From Elusimicrobiota bacterium (GTDB lineage: Bacteria; Elusimicrobiota; Elusimicrobia; UBA1565; UBA9628), in NCBI GenBank assembly GCA_013044195.1, contig JABEUV010000048.1:1-47761 (forward strand): a DNA stretch of 47,761 bases. The letters are read 5' to 3'. The notes under the pieces were generated by a model. That model was not told the origin of the DNA. It made no database searches and worked only from the letters and a program-made list of their open reading frames with translations. Every line of letters starts with the position of its first letter. Position 1 is the first letter of the stretch. Positions 1 through 10,904 of this stretch are shown piece after piece. A program made the position numbers and the translations under genes.

Positions 1-854
<854 letters not shown>

Positions 855-878
855 GGCGCGATTTTATATCATTGCCCG

Positions 879-1874
879 GTGACTTCGCCCCTGCCGCGCT
901 TTCAGCCGGAGAACGACGGCCAAGACCGCCACCCGCCGCGCTGTCCGGCCTGCGGGCACGGCGCGCCCGAAACGGCGCTGGCCTGCGCGGAGCCCGGCTT
1001 CGAGGTCTTGCGTTGTCCCGACTGCGGCCTGGGCCGCACCTGGCCGCCGGCCGCGCCCGATGAGATCGCCTCCTGGTATCCGGAGCGCTACTACGGCAAG
1101 GGCAACGTACGCTTCAACGCGCTCTTTGAGCGCCTGATCCGCCTGTTCCGCCGCCGCCGTGCGGCCGTCCTCCACAACCGCGTGCCGCGCGGTCCGGTGC
1201 TGGATATCGGCTGCGGACGCGGCTTCCTGCTGAGCTTCCTGCAGGAACTCGGCTACGAACCTCACGGCGTGGAGTTCTCCGACGTGGCCGCGCGCCACGC
1301 GCGCGAGACGCTGAAGCTTCCCATCGCCGTGGAGGACTTCGCCTCCTCGCCGACCGAGCACGGGCGCTACAACGCCGTGATCTTCTGGCACTCGCTGGAG
1401 CATTTCTCCAATCCCGTCGCCGCCATCGCGCGCGCCTCCGAAGCGCTCAAGCCCGGCGGCGTGCTGGCCGTCGCGGTGCCCAACTACGGCAGCCTTCAGG
1501 CGCGACTGTTCGGCCGCAATTGGTTCCACCTGGACGTGCCGCGCCACTACTTCCACTTCACCGAGCGCGCGCTGGAAGCCGTCCTGGCGCGCCACCGCCT
1601 GCGCATCGTACAACTCGACTACTTCAGCTTCGAGCAGAACCCGTACGGCACCTTGCAGAGCTTCTACAACGCGCTGGGCTTCCGCTTCAATCTGCTCTAC
1701 TCCTTGCTCAAGGACCCCAGCGCGCGCGCCGACGAGCTGGCGCGCTACCCATTCCAGGTCGCGGCGATCGTGCTGCTTCTGCCGCCGCTGCTCCTGCTCT
1801 CCTTGGCGCTGGCGCCGCTGGAAGCCCTGCTGCGCTCGGGCGGCACGATCGAACTTTACGCGTTTAAAGAATAA
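879..1874 (+). CDS. Class I SAM-dependent methyltransferase with N-terminal CxxC...CxxC
   Basis: CPAC...CPDC and the VLDIGCGRG SAM motif, then WHSLEH. The likely start is GTG 879; the track's 156 start is an antisense shadow of the protease. Confidence 0.88.
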   Translation: MTSPLPRFQPENDGQDRHPPRCPACGHGAPETALACAEPGFEVLRCPDCGLGRTWPPAAPDEIASWYPERYYGKGNVRFNALFERLIRLFRRRRAAVLHNRVPRGPVLDIGCGRGFLLSFLQELGYEPHGVEFSDVAARHARETLKLPIAVEDFASSPTEHGRYNAVIFWHSLEHFSNPVAAIARASEALKPGGVLAVAVPNYGSLQARLFGRNWFHLDVPRHYFHFTERALEAVLARHRLRIVQLDYFSFEQNPYGTLQSFYNALGFRFNLLYSLLKDPSARADELARYPFQVAAIVLLLPPLLLLSLALAPLEALLRSGGTIELYAFKE

Positions 1875-1883
1875 GGTTTTTAA

Positions 1884-3401
1884 CTATGGGTGGGCCGCAG
1901 CAGAGTTCAGCCCTGTCTCCCAATGGAAGAATGGCGGCCTCACGCAATCCGGGCACTGGACGGCGGTGAACGTGCGCGACGGATCGCACGGATGAGGATC
2001 GCCCATCACGTGGTGGAAGGCAAGCGGGAGGAAGACGAAGTTATCCTGCTGGCCGATGCCGCAGGCTCCGGAGGCGTCGAAGGCCGCGAAGAGGGCCTCA
2101 TTGCGCGCAAAATCCCAGGAATTTTCGGAGTGCCAGCATATTTTGAAGCGTAGCGGGCGGCGTTCGGCGGGGGCACGGAGCTCGCGCCAGAACACGGACT
2201 GCGCGGCGACGGCGACGCAGACGCCGAGGGCCAGCGCCCAGCGTCGATCCGGCCGCGGCAGGCGCGCCAGACCCGCGGCCGCGGAGGCCAACGTCAGGAA
2301 CTGAATCAGCGAGTAGTAGCGAAACGACGACGTGTTGCGAAACAGGATGAAGATCGCGGCGTAGGCCGCGGGCCACAGCGCCAGAGTGGTCTCGGCCGAC
2401 GTCAGCCCCTCGCGGCCGTGCCCGGCGCGGACCGCGCGCCAGGCCGCGACGGCGAGGACCAAAGTTCCCCAGAGCCACAGCGGCGCGTCCAGAAAGGCCG
2501 GGGCGTCCCAGGAGAACGTGCGCTTCCAGAGCGTCGGTCCGGACAGCACCTGCCACAGTGGCACGCCGTGCCAAACCGCGAACGCGACCAGTCCGAGCGC
2601 GAAAACATAAACGCCCGCGCGGCGCGGGAGGAGGCGCATGAGAGGACGCTCCCAGGTCCCGGTGGCGAACGCGGCGGCGGAAAAGGCGGGCAAAGCGAAA
2701 AACAAGGGCAACGCCCAGACGCGCTCGGCGTTCCACGCGGCCTCGGTCAGGCGCGGCTTGACCAGGAACAGTATCGCGCCCGCGCCCAGCGCGCAGATCG
2801 AGGCGCGCAACCACTCATCGGCGCCGGATTCGCCGCGCTGGGCGCGCGCCGCGTAGAGCACGCACAGGCTCAGCGGGATCGAGAGGTAAATGAAATGGTT
2901 CTGCGCGCCGATCACGCATAGCGCGGCCAGAGCGAACGCGCGCGGCCAGGACGCGGGGCCGTCCAGAACCCAGAACGTCAGCGCCAGCAGAAGCGGCTGT
3001 AGCGCATAGCACTCCCACGCCTGTCGGGACTTGAGCAGAAGGTAGACGCTGGCCGTCAGGGCCAGCGCCCACCAGGCGGCAACGGTAGCACCGCCGCGGC
3101 GTCGCAGGTGGGCGGCGAGCAGGACGAAGGCGAGGACGTTCGCGCCCGCGCCGAACAGCCTCAGCGAGCGCACGCCGGTGCCGAACACCGCGAACACGTT
3201 CATGATCGCCAGTCCGAACAGCGGGCCGGTGTAGGTGTTCATCTCGTGCGGGGTGAACAGCCCGCGCGCGGCCAGGCGGCCGGCGTAGAGGCCGACCCAG
3301 GCCTCGTCGCAGGTCAGCGCGGGAAAGCGTCCCAACCCACTGAGAATACCGCCCGCGCATAACGCAAGCAGCGCGAGTGTCGCGACATCCAGGCGCTTCA
3401 T
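1884..3401 (-). CDS. Polytopic membrane protein, GT-C-like (ArnT/PMT type) glycosyltransferase candidate
   Basis: Many TM segments, with a DEAW acidic motif after TM1 as in GT-C enzymes. ATG 3401 is preceded by a TAAAAT box. Confidence 0.6.
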   Translation of the reverse strand: MKRLDVATLALLALCAGGILSGLGRFPALTCDEAWVGLYAGRLAARGLFTPHEMNTYTGPLFGLAIMNVFAVFGTGVRSLRLFGAGANVLAFVLLAAHLRRRGGATVAAWWALALTASVYLLLKSRQAWECYALQPLLLALTFWVLDGPASWPRAFALAALCVIGAQNHFIYLSIPLSLCVLYAARAQRGESGADEWLRASICALGAGAILFLVKPRLTEAAWNAERVWALPLFFALPAFSAAAFATGTWERPLMRLLPRRAGVYVFALGLVAFAVWHGVPLWQVLSGPTLWKRTFSWDAPAFLDAPLWLWGTLVLAVAAWRAVRAGHGREGLTSAETTLALWPAAYAAIFILFRNTSSFRYYSLIQFLTLASAAAGLARLPRPDRRWALALGVCVAVAAQSVFWRELRAPAERRPLRFKICWHSENSWDFARNEALFAAFDASGACGIGQQDNFVFLPLAFHHVMGDPHPCDPSRTFTAVQCPDCVRPPFFHWETGLNSAAAHP

Positions 3402-3545
3402 CGGCGCATATTTTAGCCTATCGCTGGCGAGACTCGACCCCAAGGCAAAGTCTACGTTAAGCCGCGGCGCCGATCTCGCGGACGCCCAGAGAAACTGTCA
3501 CTACGAGCGGCAGCTCCGAGAGCAGCTTGGAACAGGGGATCATAC

Positions 3546-5690
3546 TCATGGGATCGTAAGCTGACCCTTCTTGATCGTCAGGCCCGGCAGGTCGATGGCA
3601 AACGGCGTCTCCGGGTTCGGATCCAAAGAGACGGTCAGGTCCTTGATATGCCCGAACAGACCCACGGGCAGCGGCGTGCCCATGTAGGAGGCGGACAGAA
3701 CGCGCACGCGCAGAACGCGAGCGGCGCGGTCCAGCTCCAGCGCGACCTCCATGGAAACCGTGCGCCCATACCAGCGCCCCTCGGCGCGGATGGTGCCGTC
3801 GAGGGTCACCCGGTCGAGCACCAGCCCGTGCAGTCGCGCGTTGGCGAACGCCTGGAGCGACGCAGCGCTCACCCGCCCGCTCTCGATGCGCAGCCGGTCC
3901 AGCCGCATGATCCGAATGTTCGCAAACTCGACCTTGCGCACGTCTTCTCCCGGAGCGGCGACGAACGAAAAATTGTCCGCCTGCGCGCTTAGACCGTCGA
4001 CGGCCAGGCCGCGCACCTTCACGCCGGCCACGCTCAGCCGAGCGCTTTTCCACGCCGACAGAGCCGGAGTCCAGTCGTCGAAATCCAAACGCAGTCCCGA
4101 GCCGGAAGCCCCGTCCGCGCCGAATTCATCGACGACGAGGCGCCGTCCCGGATAAGGCGCGAGGCGTCCGCGTCTCTGGCGGTACAAAATCGCGGAGGAG
4201 CCGTCGGGCAGCGGCCAGCGCGCGATTTCCTGATAACCGGCCTGGAACCAACCGCCGATTTGCGATATCTGATCGGCGGCCTCCGGCAGGCCGCCGATGA
4301 CGCCGGCGGGACCCAGCGTTCCGGTCTTGAGCAGGACGAACTCCGAAAGCTCGCACAGGCGCTTGTTGACGCCGCGCATGCTGATGCCGGGCAGGCCGAG
4401 GAGGCGCTGGGCCCAGTGGAACGTCGGGCCGTTGAAATACACGTCGTTGGCCACGAGCGTGACGTTGGTCAAAGGCCGCGACGGATCGCGCTCCGCCGCG
4501 ACGCGCCGCAGTATGTCCTCGATGTGCCAGTTCGCCGCCTCCGGCGGACGGCTGACGAACATCGGCAGGGGCACGAACGGAAGCGGGACGCTGAACGTCG
4601 GGATCCAGCCGAAGAAGAAATTGATCAGGAAGACGAACTGGAGCAAAACCGCGCCCCAGGTGACCGAGTCCGGCCACGTCGCGGCAAAGGCCAGACCCAG
4701 CGGCGCCAAACCCGGTAGGAGAAAGCGCATCTGCCGGTTGGGCACGATCGTCCAGAACACATAGGAGGTGACCACCCAATAGGCCAGGATCCAGCCGTAC
4801 TCGCGCCGCCGCGTGTATTGGGGAGCGAGCAGCCCGATGAAGCCCAGCGCCCACAGCACCGGCCCCAGCGGCCCCGCCGAGTCGCGCAGATACGTCAGCC
4901 ACGCCCCGCCCTGCCAGAACGGCACCGCGAAGTCGGACGACGCCTGCACCAGGCGCGACGGCAGAAGCGCCAGGTGCGACCAATACCACGGCGCGAACAG
5001 CGCCAAGGACAGCCCCGCGGCGGCCAGCACCTTCGGCCGCGCGCGCCTGTCCGACACCGCGCGCGCCGCGATCAGGTAGGCCGGGATCATGTAGCTGAAG
5101 AAGCTCCACTTATGCAGCATGCCGACCGCGTACAGCACGCCGAAGGCCAGCGACGGCGCCCAAGAGGAGAAGCCCTGGCTTTCGATCAGCGCCCAATACG
5201 CGGCCGCGGTCCAGGCGATGACGGACAGGTCCACGAGCTGGGTGGTGTAGAGATCCTGAATGCCGGGAGACGCGCAGAACAGAAGCGTGGCGGCCAAGGC
5301 CCTCCCGTCGGGCAGGAAGCGCCAGGAGATGCCGAACAGAGAAATCGCGAGCACGGCCAGGTACAACCAGTTGTACCACAACGCGGCATGAGCCGGATCG
5401 GGGGAAGAGTAGGCGCCGCGCAACAGAAGCTGGTAGGCGGGCGGAAACGGCGGCATGCCGGGCTTCGGGGCCAGGAACCAAAAGTCCGACCAGCGGCCGG
5501 CATTCAGCGCCTGACGGTAGTCGAGCGCGATCTCCAGTTGGACCGCCTGGTCCCAAGCCGGCGGCCGGGTGTCGACGCGCACGAAGCGGCGCATCATGAT
5601 CGCCTCGAAGGCCAGGAAGGCCGCCAGGCCCAGGATGCTGAGAACCAGCGTTTTTCGCGACGGCCGCAAGATGGGCCCGAATTCGTTCAT
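3546..5690 (-). CDS. GT39/ArnT-like membrane glycosyltransferase with a C-terminal LmeA/DUF2993-like beta domain
   Basis: PPAWDQ motif after TM1, GMLHKWSF, RFLLP, multiple TMs. The beta-rich C-terminus ending LPGLTIKKGQLTIP resembles DUF2993 (by eye). Confidence 0.7.
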   Translation of the reverse strand: MNEFGPILRPSRKTLVLSILGLAAFLAFEAIMMRRFVRVDTRPPAWDQAVQLEIALDYRQALNAGRWSDFWFLAPKPGMPPFPPAYQLLLRGAYSSPDPAHAALWYNWLYLAVLAISLFGISWRFLPDGRALAATLLFCASPGIQDLYTTQLVDLSVIAWTAAAYWALIESQGFSSWAPSLAFGVLYAVGMLHKWSFFSYMIPAYLIAARAVSDRRARPKVLAAAGLSLALFAPWYWSHLALLPSRLVQASSDFAVPFWQGGAWLTYLRDSAGPLGPVLWALGFIGLLAPQYTRRREYGWILAYWVVTSYVFWTIVPNRQMRFLLPGLAPLGLAFAATWPDSVTWGAVLLQFVFLINFFFGWIPTFSVPLPFVPLPMFVSRPPEAANWHIEDILRRVAAERDPSRPLTNVTLVANDVYFNGPTFHWAQRLLGLPGISMRGVNKRLCELSEFVLLKTGTLGPAGVIGGLPEAADQISQIGGWFQAGYQEIARWPLPDGSSAILYRQRRGRLAPYPGRRLVVDEFGADGASGSGLRLDFDDWTPALSAWKSARLSVAGVKVRGLAVDGLSAQADNFSFVAAPGEDVRKVEFANIRIMRLDRLRIESGRVSAASLQAFANARLHGLVLDRVTLDGTIRAEGRWYGRTVSMEVALELDRAARVLRVRVLSASYMGTPLPVGLFGHIKDLTVSLDPNPETPFAIDLPGLTIKKGQLTIP

Positions 5691-5733
5691 CGGCGCGCGC
5701 CCATCTTAGTATATTTTTGTAGAATCGCGGGCC

Positions 5734-6756
5734 ATGAAAGCCGCCATCCTGATCGGCGGGCAGGGCACGCGCCTGCGCCCGTTCACGCTGGACGCTCCCA
5801 AGCCCCTTCTGCCCGTCTTGAACCGTCCCTTTCTGGAATACCAGTTCCAGGTCCTGCGCAAGTCCGGCGTGCGCGAAGTCGCGCTGTGCACGTCTTATCG
5901 CGCGCTGGACTTCCGCCGCGCGTTCGGCGACGGCCGCCGCCTGGGCCTGCGCCTGCGCTACGTGCGCGAGACCATGCCGCTGGGCACCGGCGGCGCGGCC
6001 AAGAATGCGGAAAACCTCCTCCTCGGCGGCACGTCGCTGATCCTCAACGGCGACGTGCTCAACGCCTTCGACGTGCGCGCATTCCTGAGCTTCCACCGCG
6101 CGCGCCGCGCGGAAATCTCCATCGCGCTGACGCGCGTCAAGGATCCCACCGCCTACGGCCTGGTCCTCACCGACGCGAAGGGCTTGGTGCGTCGATTTTT
6201 GGAAAAGCCGTCCTGGGACGAAGTGGAGACGAACACCATCAACGCCGGCGCCTACCTGTTCGAGCCGTCGGTGTTCTCGCACATCCCGGCGGGCAAGACT
6301 TATTCGCTGGAGCGCGGGCTGTTTCCCGAGCGGCTGGCGGCCGGCGCCGTGCTGGCCGGCTGGGTGGCGCCCGGCTATTGGATCGACATCGGCACCGTCG
6401 ACAAATATCTGCAGGTGCACCTCGACATCCTGGGCGGGCGCACGCCGTTTAAGCCCGGCGCGGGGGTGCGCGCGCTCAAGGGCTTCGAGGGCGCGATCGT
6501 CGCGGCGGGCGCGGGTGCTCACGTGGCGGAGTTCGCGCGCTTCTCCGGCGCGGTGAGCCTGGGGCGCGGCGCGCGCGTGGGCCGCGGCGCGCAGTTGTCC
6601 GACTGCGTGGTGCTGGACGGGGCCGTGGTGGGCGACGGCGCGCGGCTGGAGCGCTGCGTGGTGGGCGCGCGCGCGCGCGTGGGCACGCACGCTACGCTTG
6701 GACCCGGCACGGCGCTGGCCGGCGGCTCGCGCGTCGGAGACTACAGCCAGCTATGA
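5734..6756 (+). CDS. NDP-sugar pyrophosphorylase (mannose-1-phosphate guanylyltransferase, GCD1-like) with C-terminal hexapeptide repeats
   Basis: ILIGGQGTRLRPFT..PKPLLP, LNGD, FLEKP, YWIDIGT; left-handed beta-helix tail. Confidence 0.9.
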   Translation: MKAAILIGGQGTRLRPFTLDAPKPLLPVLNRPFLEYQFQVLRKSGVREVALCTSYRALDFRRAFGDGRRLGLRLRYVRETMPLGTGGAAKNAENLLLGGTSLILNGDVLNAFDVRAFLSFHRARRAEISIALTRVKDPTAYGLVLTDAKGLVRRFLEKPSWDEVETNTINAGAYLFEPSVFSHIPAGKTYSLERGLFPERLAAGAVLAGWVAPGYWIDIGTVDKYLQVHLDILGGRTPFKPGAGVRALKGFEGAIVAAGAGAHVAEFARFSGAVSLGRGARVGRGAQLSDCVVLDGAVVGDGARLERCVVGARARVGTHATLGPGTALAGGSRVGDYSQL

Positions 6757-7106
6757 AATTCAAGGTCAAGACCGTCGACAAGCCCTGGGGGCGCGAGTTG
6801 ATCTTCGCTCACGCCCCGGGCAAGTACGCGGGCAAGATTCTGGTCATCGAGAAGGGCGGGCGGCTGAGCCTGCAGTATCACCGGCGCAAGCACGAGAGCC
6901 TTTACGTCTTAAAGGGCAAACTCACTTTGCAGCTTGGAAAGAAGACGCTCACCGCCGGACCCGGCGCGGCGTTCGCGGTGCCGACCGGCACGATTCATCG
7001 CTTTCAGGCGCTGCACGGACGCGTGACGCTCGTCGAGGTCTCGACGACGGAGCTCGACGACGTGGTTCGGCTCCAAGACGACTATGGACGCACAGGGGAT
7101 AAATAA
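6753..7106 (+). CDS. Cupin protein, type II mannose-6-phosphate isomerase-like
   Basis: KPWGRE, LSLQYHRRKHE, IHR, VVRLQDDYGR; ATGA overlap with the upstream gene. Confidence 0.85.
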   Translation: MKFKVKTVDKPWGRELIFAHAPGKYAGKILVIEKGGRLSLQYHRRKHESLYVLKGKLTLQLGKKTLTAGPGAAFAVPTGTIHRFQALHGRVTLVEVSTTELDDVVRLQDDYGRTGDK

Positions 7107-8533
7107 TGGATCCGATCAAGTTCGGCACCGACGGCTGGCGCGGCGTCATCGCGCGCGACTTCACCTTTGAAAACGTGCGGCGCGCGGCCCAGGCCATCGC
7201 CGACTACGTCAAAGAAGACCAAGCCCGCAACGTACGCAAGAAGACGCCGCTGTCGGGGCCCATGGTCGTGGGCTACGACCGCCGCTTCCAGTCCGACGCG
7301 TTCGCGCGCGAGATCGCACAGGTGCTGGAGGCCAACCACCTCAACCCCACCTTGCTGGCCGAGAGCCTGCCCACGCCCGCGATCAGCTACCTGTCGCGCA
7401 AGCTGGGCGGCGTGGGCGTGATGGTCACCGCCAGCCACAACCCTCCGCCTTACAACGGCGTCAAGATCAAGATCGACGGGCGCGCGGCGCTGGAGGACGT
7501 CACGCGGGGCGTGGAGTCCTGGGTGGGCCGCACCGCGCCCACGCGCGCGGCCGAGATCAAGATCAAGTCCTACCGCGACGTCTATCTTCAGTATCTTAAA
7601 GGGCGCTCCGACCTGGCGCTGATCAAGGCGAAGATCAAGAAACCCGTGGTCGTCGACTACATGCACGGCGCGGGCTCGGGCCTGGCCGTGGACCTCATCG
7701 ACGGCAAGACTCTCGTCGAGATCCGCGCCGCGCACGACCCTTTGTTCGGCGGCGTGCACCCGGAGCCCATCGAGCAGTACCTGGGCGCGCTGTCCGAGGC
7801 GGTCAAGGCCAACAAGGCCTGCGTGGGCCTGGCGCTCGACGGCGACGCCGACCGCTTCGGCCTGGTCGACGAGAACGGCCGCTACCTGACGCCCTGCCAG
7901 GTCTTCCCGATGATCGTCCTCTACCTGATCGAGAAGAAGAAGTTCACGGGCAAGATCGTGCAGTCGGTGTCGCTGGGCTACCTGGCGGAGCGCATTGCTA
8001 AGGAAAAGGGCGTGGCCTTCGAGCAGATGCCGGTCGGCTTCAAGTACGTCGCCGAGAAGCTGGCCACCGGCGAGGCGCAGATCGCCGGCGAGGAATCCGG
8101 CGGCTACGCCTGGGCCGACAAGAGCGGCATCGCGGAGCGCGACGGCATGCTGACCGCGCTGTTGTTCCTTGAGATGATGGCGGCCACGGGCAAGACGCCG
8201 TCCCAGCTCTGGAAGGACGTGGAAACGAAATACGGCGCCAGCTTCTACAAGCGCATTGACTACCGTATCCATAAGCCGGTCGTCGACAAAGCACTCTGGA
8301 CGACGAAGCTGGTCAAGAAGCTGCCCAAGAAGATCCTGAACACGGGCATCAAGGAATTGATCCAGATCGACGGTCTGAAGATCGTCTTGGAAGACGGGCA
8401 CTGGCTGCTGATGCGCCCGTCGGGCACCGAGCCCTTGATGCGCGTCTACGCGGAAAGCGATAAGCCCGAGCGCACGCAGGCCCTGCTCGACCACGCCAAG
8501 AAGTGGGTCGCCCCGAGCCTCGGTGCGCACTGA
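7106..8533 (+). CDS. Phosphoglucomutase/phosphomannomutase
   Basis: FGTDGWRG, TASHNP, DGDADR, GEESGG, RPSGTEP. Confidence 0.95.
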   Translation: MDPIKFGTDGWRGVIARDFTFENVRRAAQAIADYVKEDQARNVRKKTPLSGPMVVGYDRRFQSDAFAREIAQVLEANHLNPTLLAESLPTPAISYLSRKLGGVGVMVTASHNPPPYNGVKIKIDGRAALEDVTRGVESWVGRTAPTRAAEIKIKSYRDVYLQYLKGRSDLALIKAKIKKPVVVDYMHGAGSGLAVDLIDGKTLVEIRAAHDPLFGGVHPEPIEQYLGALSEAVKANKACVGLALDGDADRFGLVDENGRYLTPCQVFPMIVLYLIEKKKFTGKIVQSVSLGYLAERIAKEKGVAFEQMPVGFKYVAEKLATGEAQIAGEESGGYAWADKSGIAERDGMLTALLFLEMMAATGKTPSQLWKDVETKYGASFYKRIDYRIHKPVVDKALWTTKLVKKLPKKILNTGIKELIQIDGLKIVLEDGHWLLMRPSGTEPLMRVYAESDKPERTQALLDHAKKWVAPSLGAH

Positions 8534-8540
8534 GGTGGTC

Positions 8541-9584
8541 ATGGGCCCGCGCAAAGCCATGCTGCTGGCCGCGGGCGCGGGCACGCGCCTGCGTCCGCTG
8601 ACCTACGAGACGCCCAAGCCGATGGTGCCGGTCGTCAACCGACCGGTGATCCATCATGTGCTCGACAACCTGCTCAAGCACGGCGTCGAGGAGGTCATGG
8701 TCAACCTGCACTCGCATCCGGAGCAGGTGCGCGGCTACTGCGGCGACGGCTCGCGCTGGAGCCTGAAGCTCGACTACTCTCTGGAGCCCAAGCTGTTGGG
8801 CACCGCGGGTGCTATCAAGCGCGTGGAGGGCTTCCTGAAGGATGGGCCGTTCTTCGTGATGTCCGGCGACGGGCTGTCCGACATCGACCTGAGTGCTATG
8901 TACGCCTTTCACCGCCGCCGCGGCTCGATGGCCACGATGGCGATCAAGAGCATCGACGCGCGCTTCGACTACGGCGTCACCTTGACCGACGGCTCCCAGC
9001 GCATCAAGGGCTTCATGGAAAAACCCTCGTGGGGCGACGTGTTCTCCAACAAGGTCAACACCGGCATCTACCTCTTCGAGCCCGAGATATTGAAGCTCAT
9101 CCCGAGCAACGTGGTCTACGATTTCGGCCACCAGCTCTGGCCCAAGCTGCTGAAGATGAAGAAGCCGATCTACGCCTACGAGACCGAGTCCTACTGGTGC
9201 GACGTCGGCAACCTGCCGGAGTACCGCCGCTGCCAGATCGACTGCTTGGACCGCAAGGCCAAGATCAACATCCCGGGCGTCGAGGTCCGCAAAGGCGTCT
9301 ATATTCAGGAAGGCACCGTCGTGGACCCCCGCGCGCGGCTGATCGCGCCCGTGGTCATCGGCAAGGGCGGCCGCATCGCCGCCGGCGCCGTCGTCGGCCC
9401 CTACTCCGTGATCGGCGACCGCGCGCAGATCGGCGCGGGCGCCAACCTGGAACGCTGCATCCTCTTCGACAACGTGACCGTCGGCGAAGGCGTGCGCCTG
9501 AACAACTGCATCATCGGCCCCAGCGGCAACGTCAAGGAGAACATCTCCGTCTTCGAGGCCGCCGTCCTCAACATCCGCCAATAG
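8541..9584 (+). CDS. Second NDP-sugar pyrophosphorylase (GCD1-like) with hexapeptide repeats
   Basis: LLAAGAGTRLRPLT..PKPMVP, SGD, FMEKP, YWCDVG; GAGGTG SD before ATG 8541. Confidence 0.9.
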   Translation: MGPRKAMLLAAGAGTRLRPLTYETPKPMVPVVNRPVIHHVLDNLLKHGVEEVMVNLHSHPEQVRGYCGDGSRWSLKLDYSLEPKLLGTAGAIKRVEGFLKDGPFFVMSGDGLSDIDLSAMYAFHRRRGSMATMAIKSIDARFDYGVTLTDGSQRIKGFMEKPSWGDVFSNKVNTGIYLFEPEILKLIPSNVVYDFGHQLWPKLLKMKKPIYAYETESYWCDVGNLPEYRRCQIDCLDRKAKINIPGVEVRKGVYIQEGTVVDPRARLIAPVVIGKGGRIAAGAVVGPYSVIGDRAQIGAGANLERCILFDNVTVGEGVRLNNCIIGPSGNVKENISVFEAAVLNIRQ

Positions 9585-9599
9585 GCCGGGACGCGTCCA

Positions 9600-10127
9600 A
9601 TGGAGTTGCTGACTACCCGCCTGCGTCTGCGCCCGATGAGCCTCTCGGACGTCGCTCAGGCCCACGCGCTGGCCACCAGCCCCGGCGTCGCCCGCCCGGC
9701 CGGCTATCCGACGCCGAAAAAACTGAACGCCACCCGCCTGCGCGTCGCGAGGTCCGTCGCGGAATGGCGAAAACGCACGCCTTCGCGACTGTCCTTCACG
9801 ATCCTCCGTCGTGACGACAATGCCTGGATCGGCCTGATCAATCTGAACTGGCCGCATGCGGGCGTCGGAGAACTCGGCTATAGCCTCCATCCAAGACACT
9901 GGGGGAACGGCTACGCTTCCGAGGCGGCGCGGCGGGTCGTCGACCTGGCGTTCGATACATTGGGAGCCCACCGAGTTCAAGCCACGTGCTGGGTCCGGAA
10001 CCGTCGGTCCGCCGCCGTTCTGCGCCGCGCCGGCCTTAAGAAGGAAGGCCTCTTGCGCGGCTATCTGAAGCGGGGCCAGGTCGTCCGGGACGAGTTCATG
10101 TTCGGCCTTGCTCGCCGAGAACGCTGA
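9600..10127 (+). CDS. GNAT N-acetyltransferase (RimJ/RimL type)
   Basis: RLRLRP, ELGYSL..HWGNGYASEAA, N.RS..VLRRAG..EG. Confidence 0.9.
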   Translation: MELLTTRLRLRPMSLSDVAQAHALATSPGVARPAGYPTPKKLNATRLRVARSVAEWRKRTPSRLSFTILRRDDNAWIGLINLNWPHAGVGELGYSLHPRHWGNGYASEAARRVVDLAFDTLGAHRVQATCWVRNRRSAAVLRRAGLKKEGLLRGYLKRGQVVRDEFMFGLARRER

Positions 10128-10218
10128 CAATTTTCGGCGCCAGAGCCATCCAAGCGCCGACGAATCGAGCACGACTTTAGCTCTTGCGTCGACAAGACGG
10201 ACACGTTACAATCCTTCC

Positions 10219-10431
10219 ATGGGAACATGGGACGAGGAAGTCGGCAAGACGGTCGGACGCCGAGTTGCCGCCGAGGCCACAATCCAGGACGCCGCCGTCT
10301 TACTCGACACCATAGCTGAGATCATGGCCGCCGGAATATGTCCGCGCGGAGTATGGCGCTTCAAGACCTTCGAGGAGGCCGACGATTGGACTCTGCTGCA
10401 GGCGGCCAGTGGTCACGCGCCCCGCGACTGA
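10219..10431 (+). CDS. Small hypothetical protein (70 aa), putative partner of the downstream nucleotidyltransferase
   Basis: MGTWDEEVGK...PRGVWRFKTFEEADDW. It has its own TTGCGT-17bp-TACAAT promoter and overlaps the next gene. Confidence 0.7.
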   Translation: MGTWDEEVGKTVGRRVAAEATIQDAAVLLDTIAEIMAAGICPRGVWRFKTFEEADDWTLLQAASGHAPRD

Positions 10432-10904
10432 AGGATCTTCTGTCTCTCTGCCGCGCGCTCAATGAGGGCGGCGCGCGCTACGTCGTGGTCGGCGGATTTG
10501 CGGTCATACTCCACGGCTACGCGCGTGGAACGATGGACATCGATCTCCTGATCGACCCCTCGCCGGACAACGTCCGAAAAGTCAAAACGGCGTTGGCCGT
10601 GCTGGCGGACAACGCCGCCGCCGAAGTCGCCGACGACGACGTCGAACGCTATACGGTGGTGCGCGTGGCCGATGAAATCGTGGTCGATTTGATGGCAAAG
10701 GCCGGGGGAGTCGCATTCGACGAGGTTTTTCGCGACGCTGAGTTCCGGCAGATCGAGGGCATCCGGGTTCCCTTCGCCGACGCTCGCGCCCTGATCCGGA
10801 CCAAGGACACCGTCAGGCCCAAAGATCGGCACGATGTCTTGTTCCTGCGCCGTAAGCTCGAGAACCAATCCGAGTCCGGCAGCTCGACGACCGACGAACC
10901 GTAA
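10386..10904 (+). CDS. Pol-beta superfamily nucleotidyltransferase (DUF6036-like), TA-type
   Basis: VVGGFAV..HG..RGTMDIDL and C-terminal K...RPKD..D. The start is uncertain (TTG 10386 or ATG 10338). Confidence 0.8.
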   Translation: MDSAAGGQWSRAPRLKDLLSLCRALNEGGARYVVVGGFAVILHGYARGTMDIDLLIDPSPDNVRKVKTALAVLADNAAAEVADDDVERYTVVRVADEIVVDLMAKAGGVAFDEVFRDAEFRQIEGIRVPFADARALIRTKDTVRPKDRHDVLFLRRKLENQSESGSSTTDEP

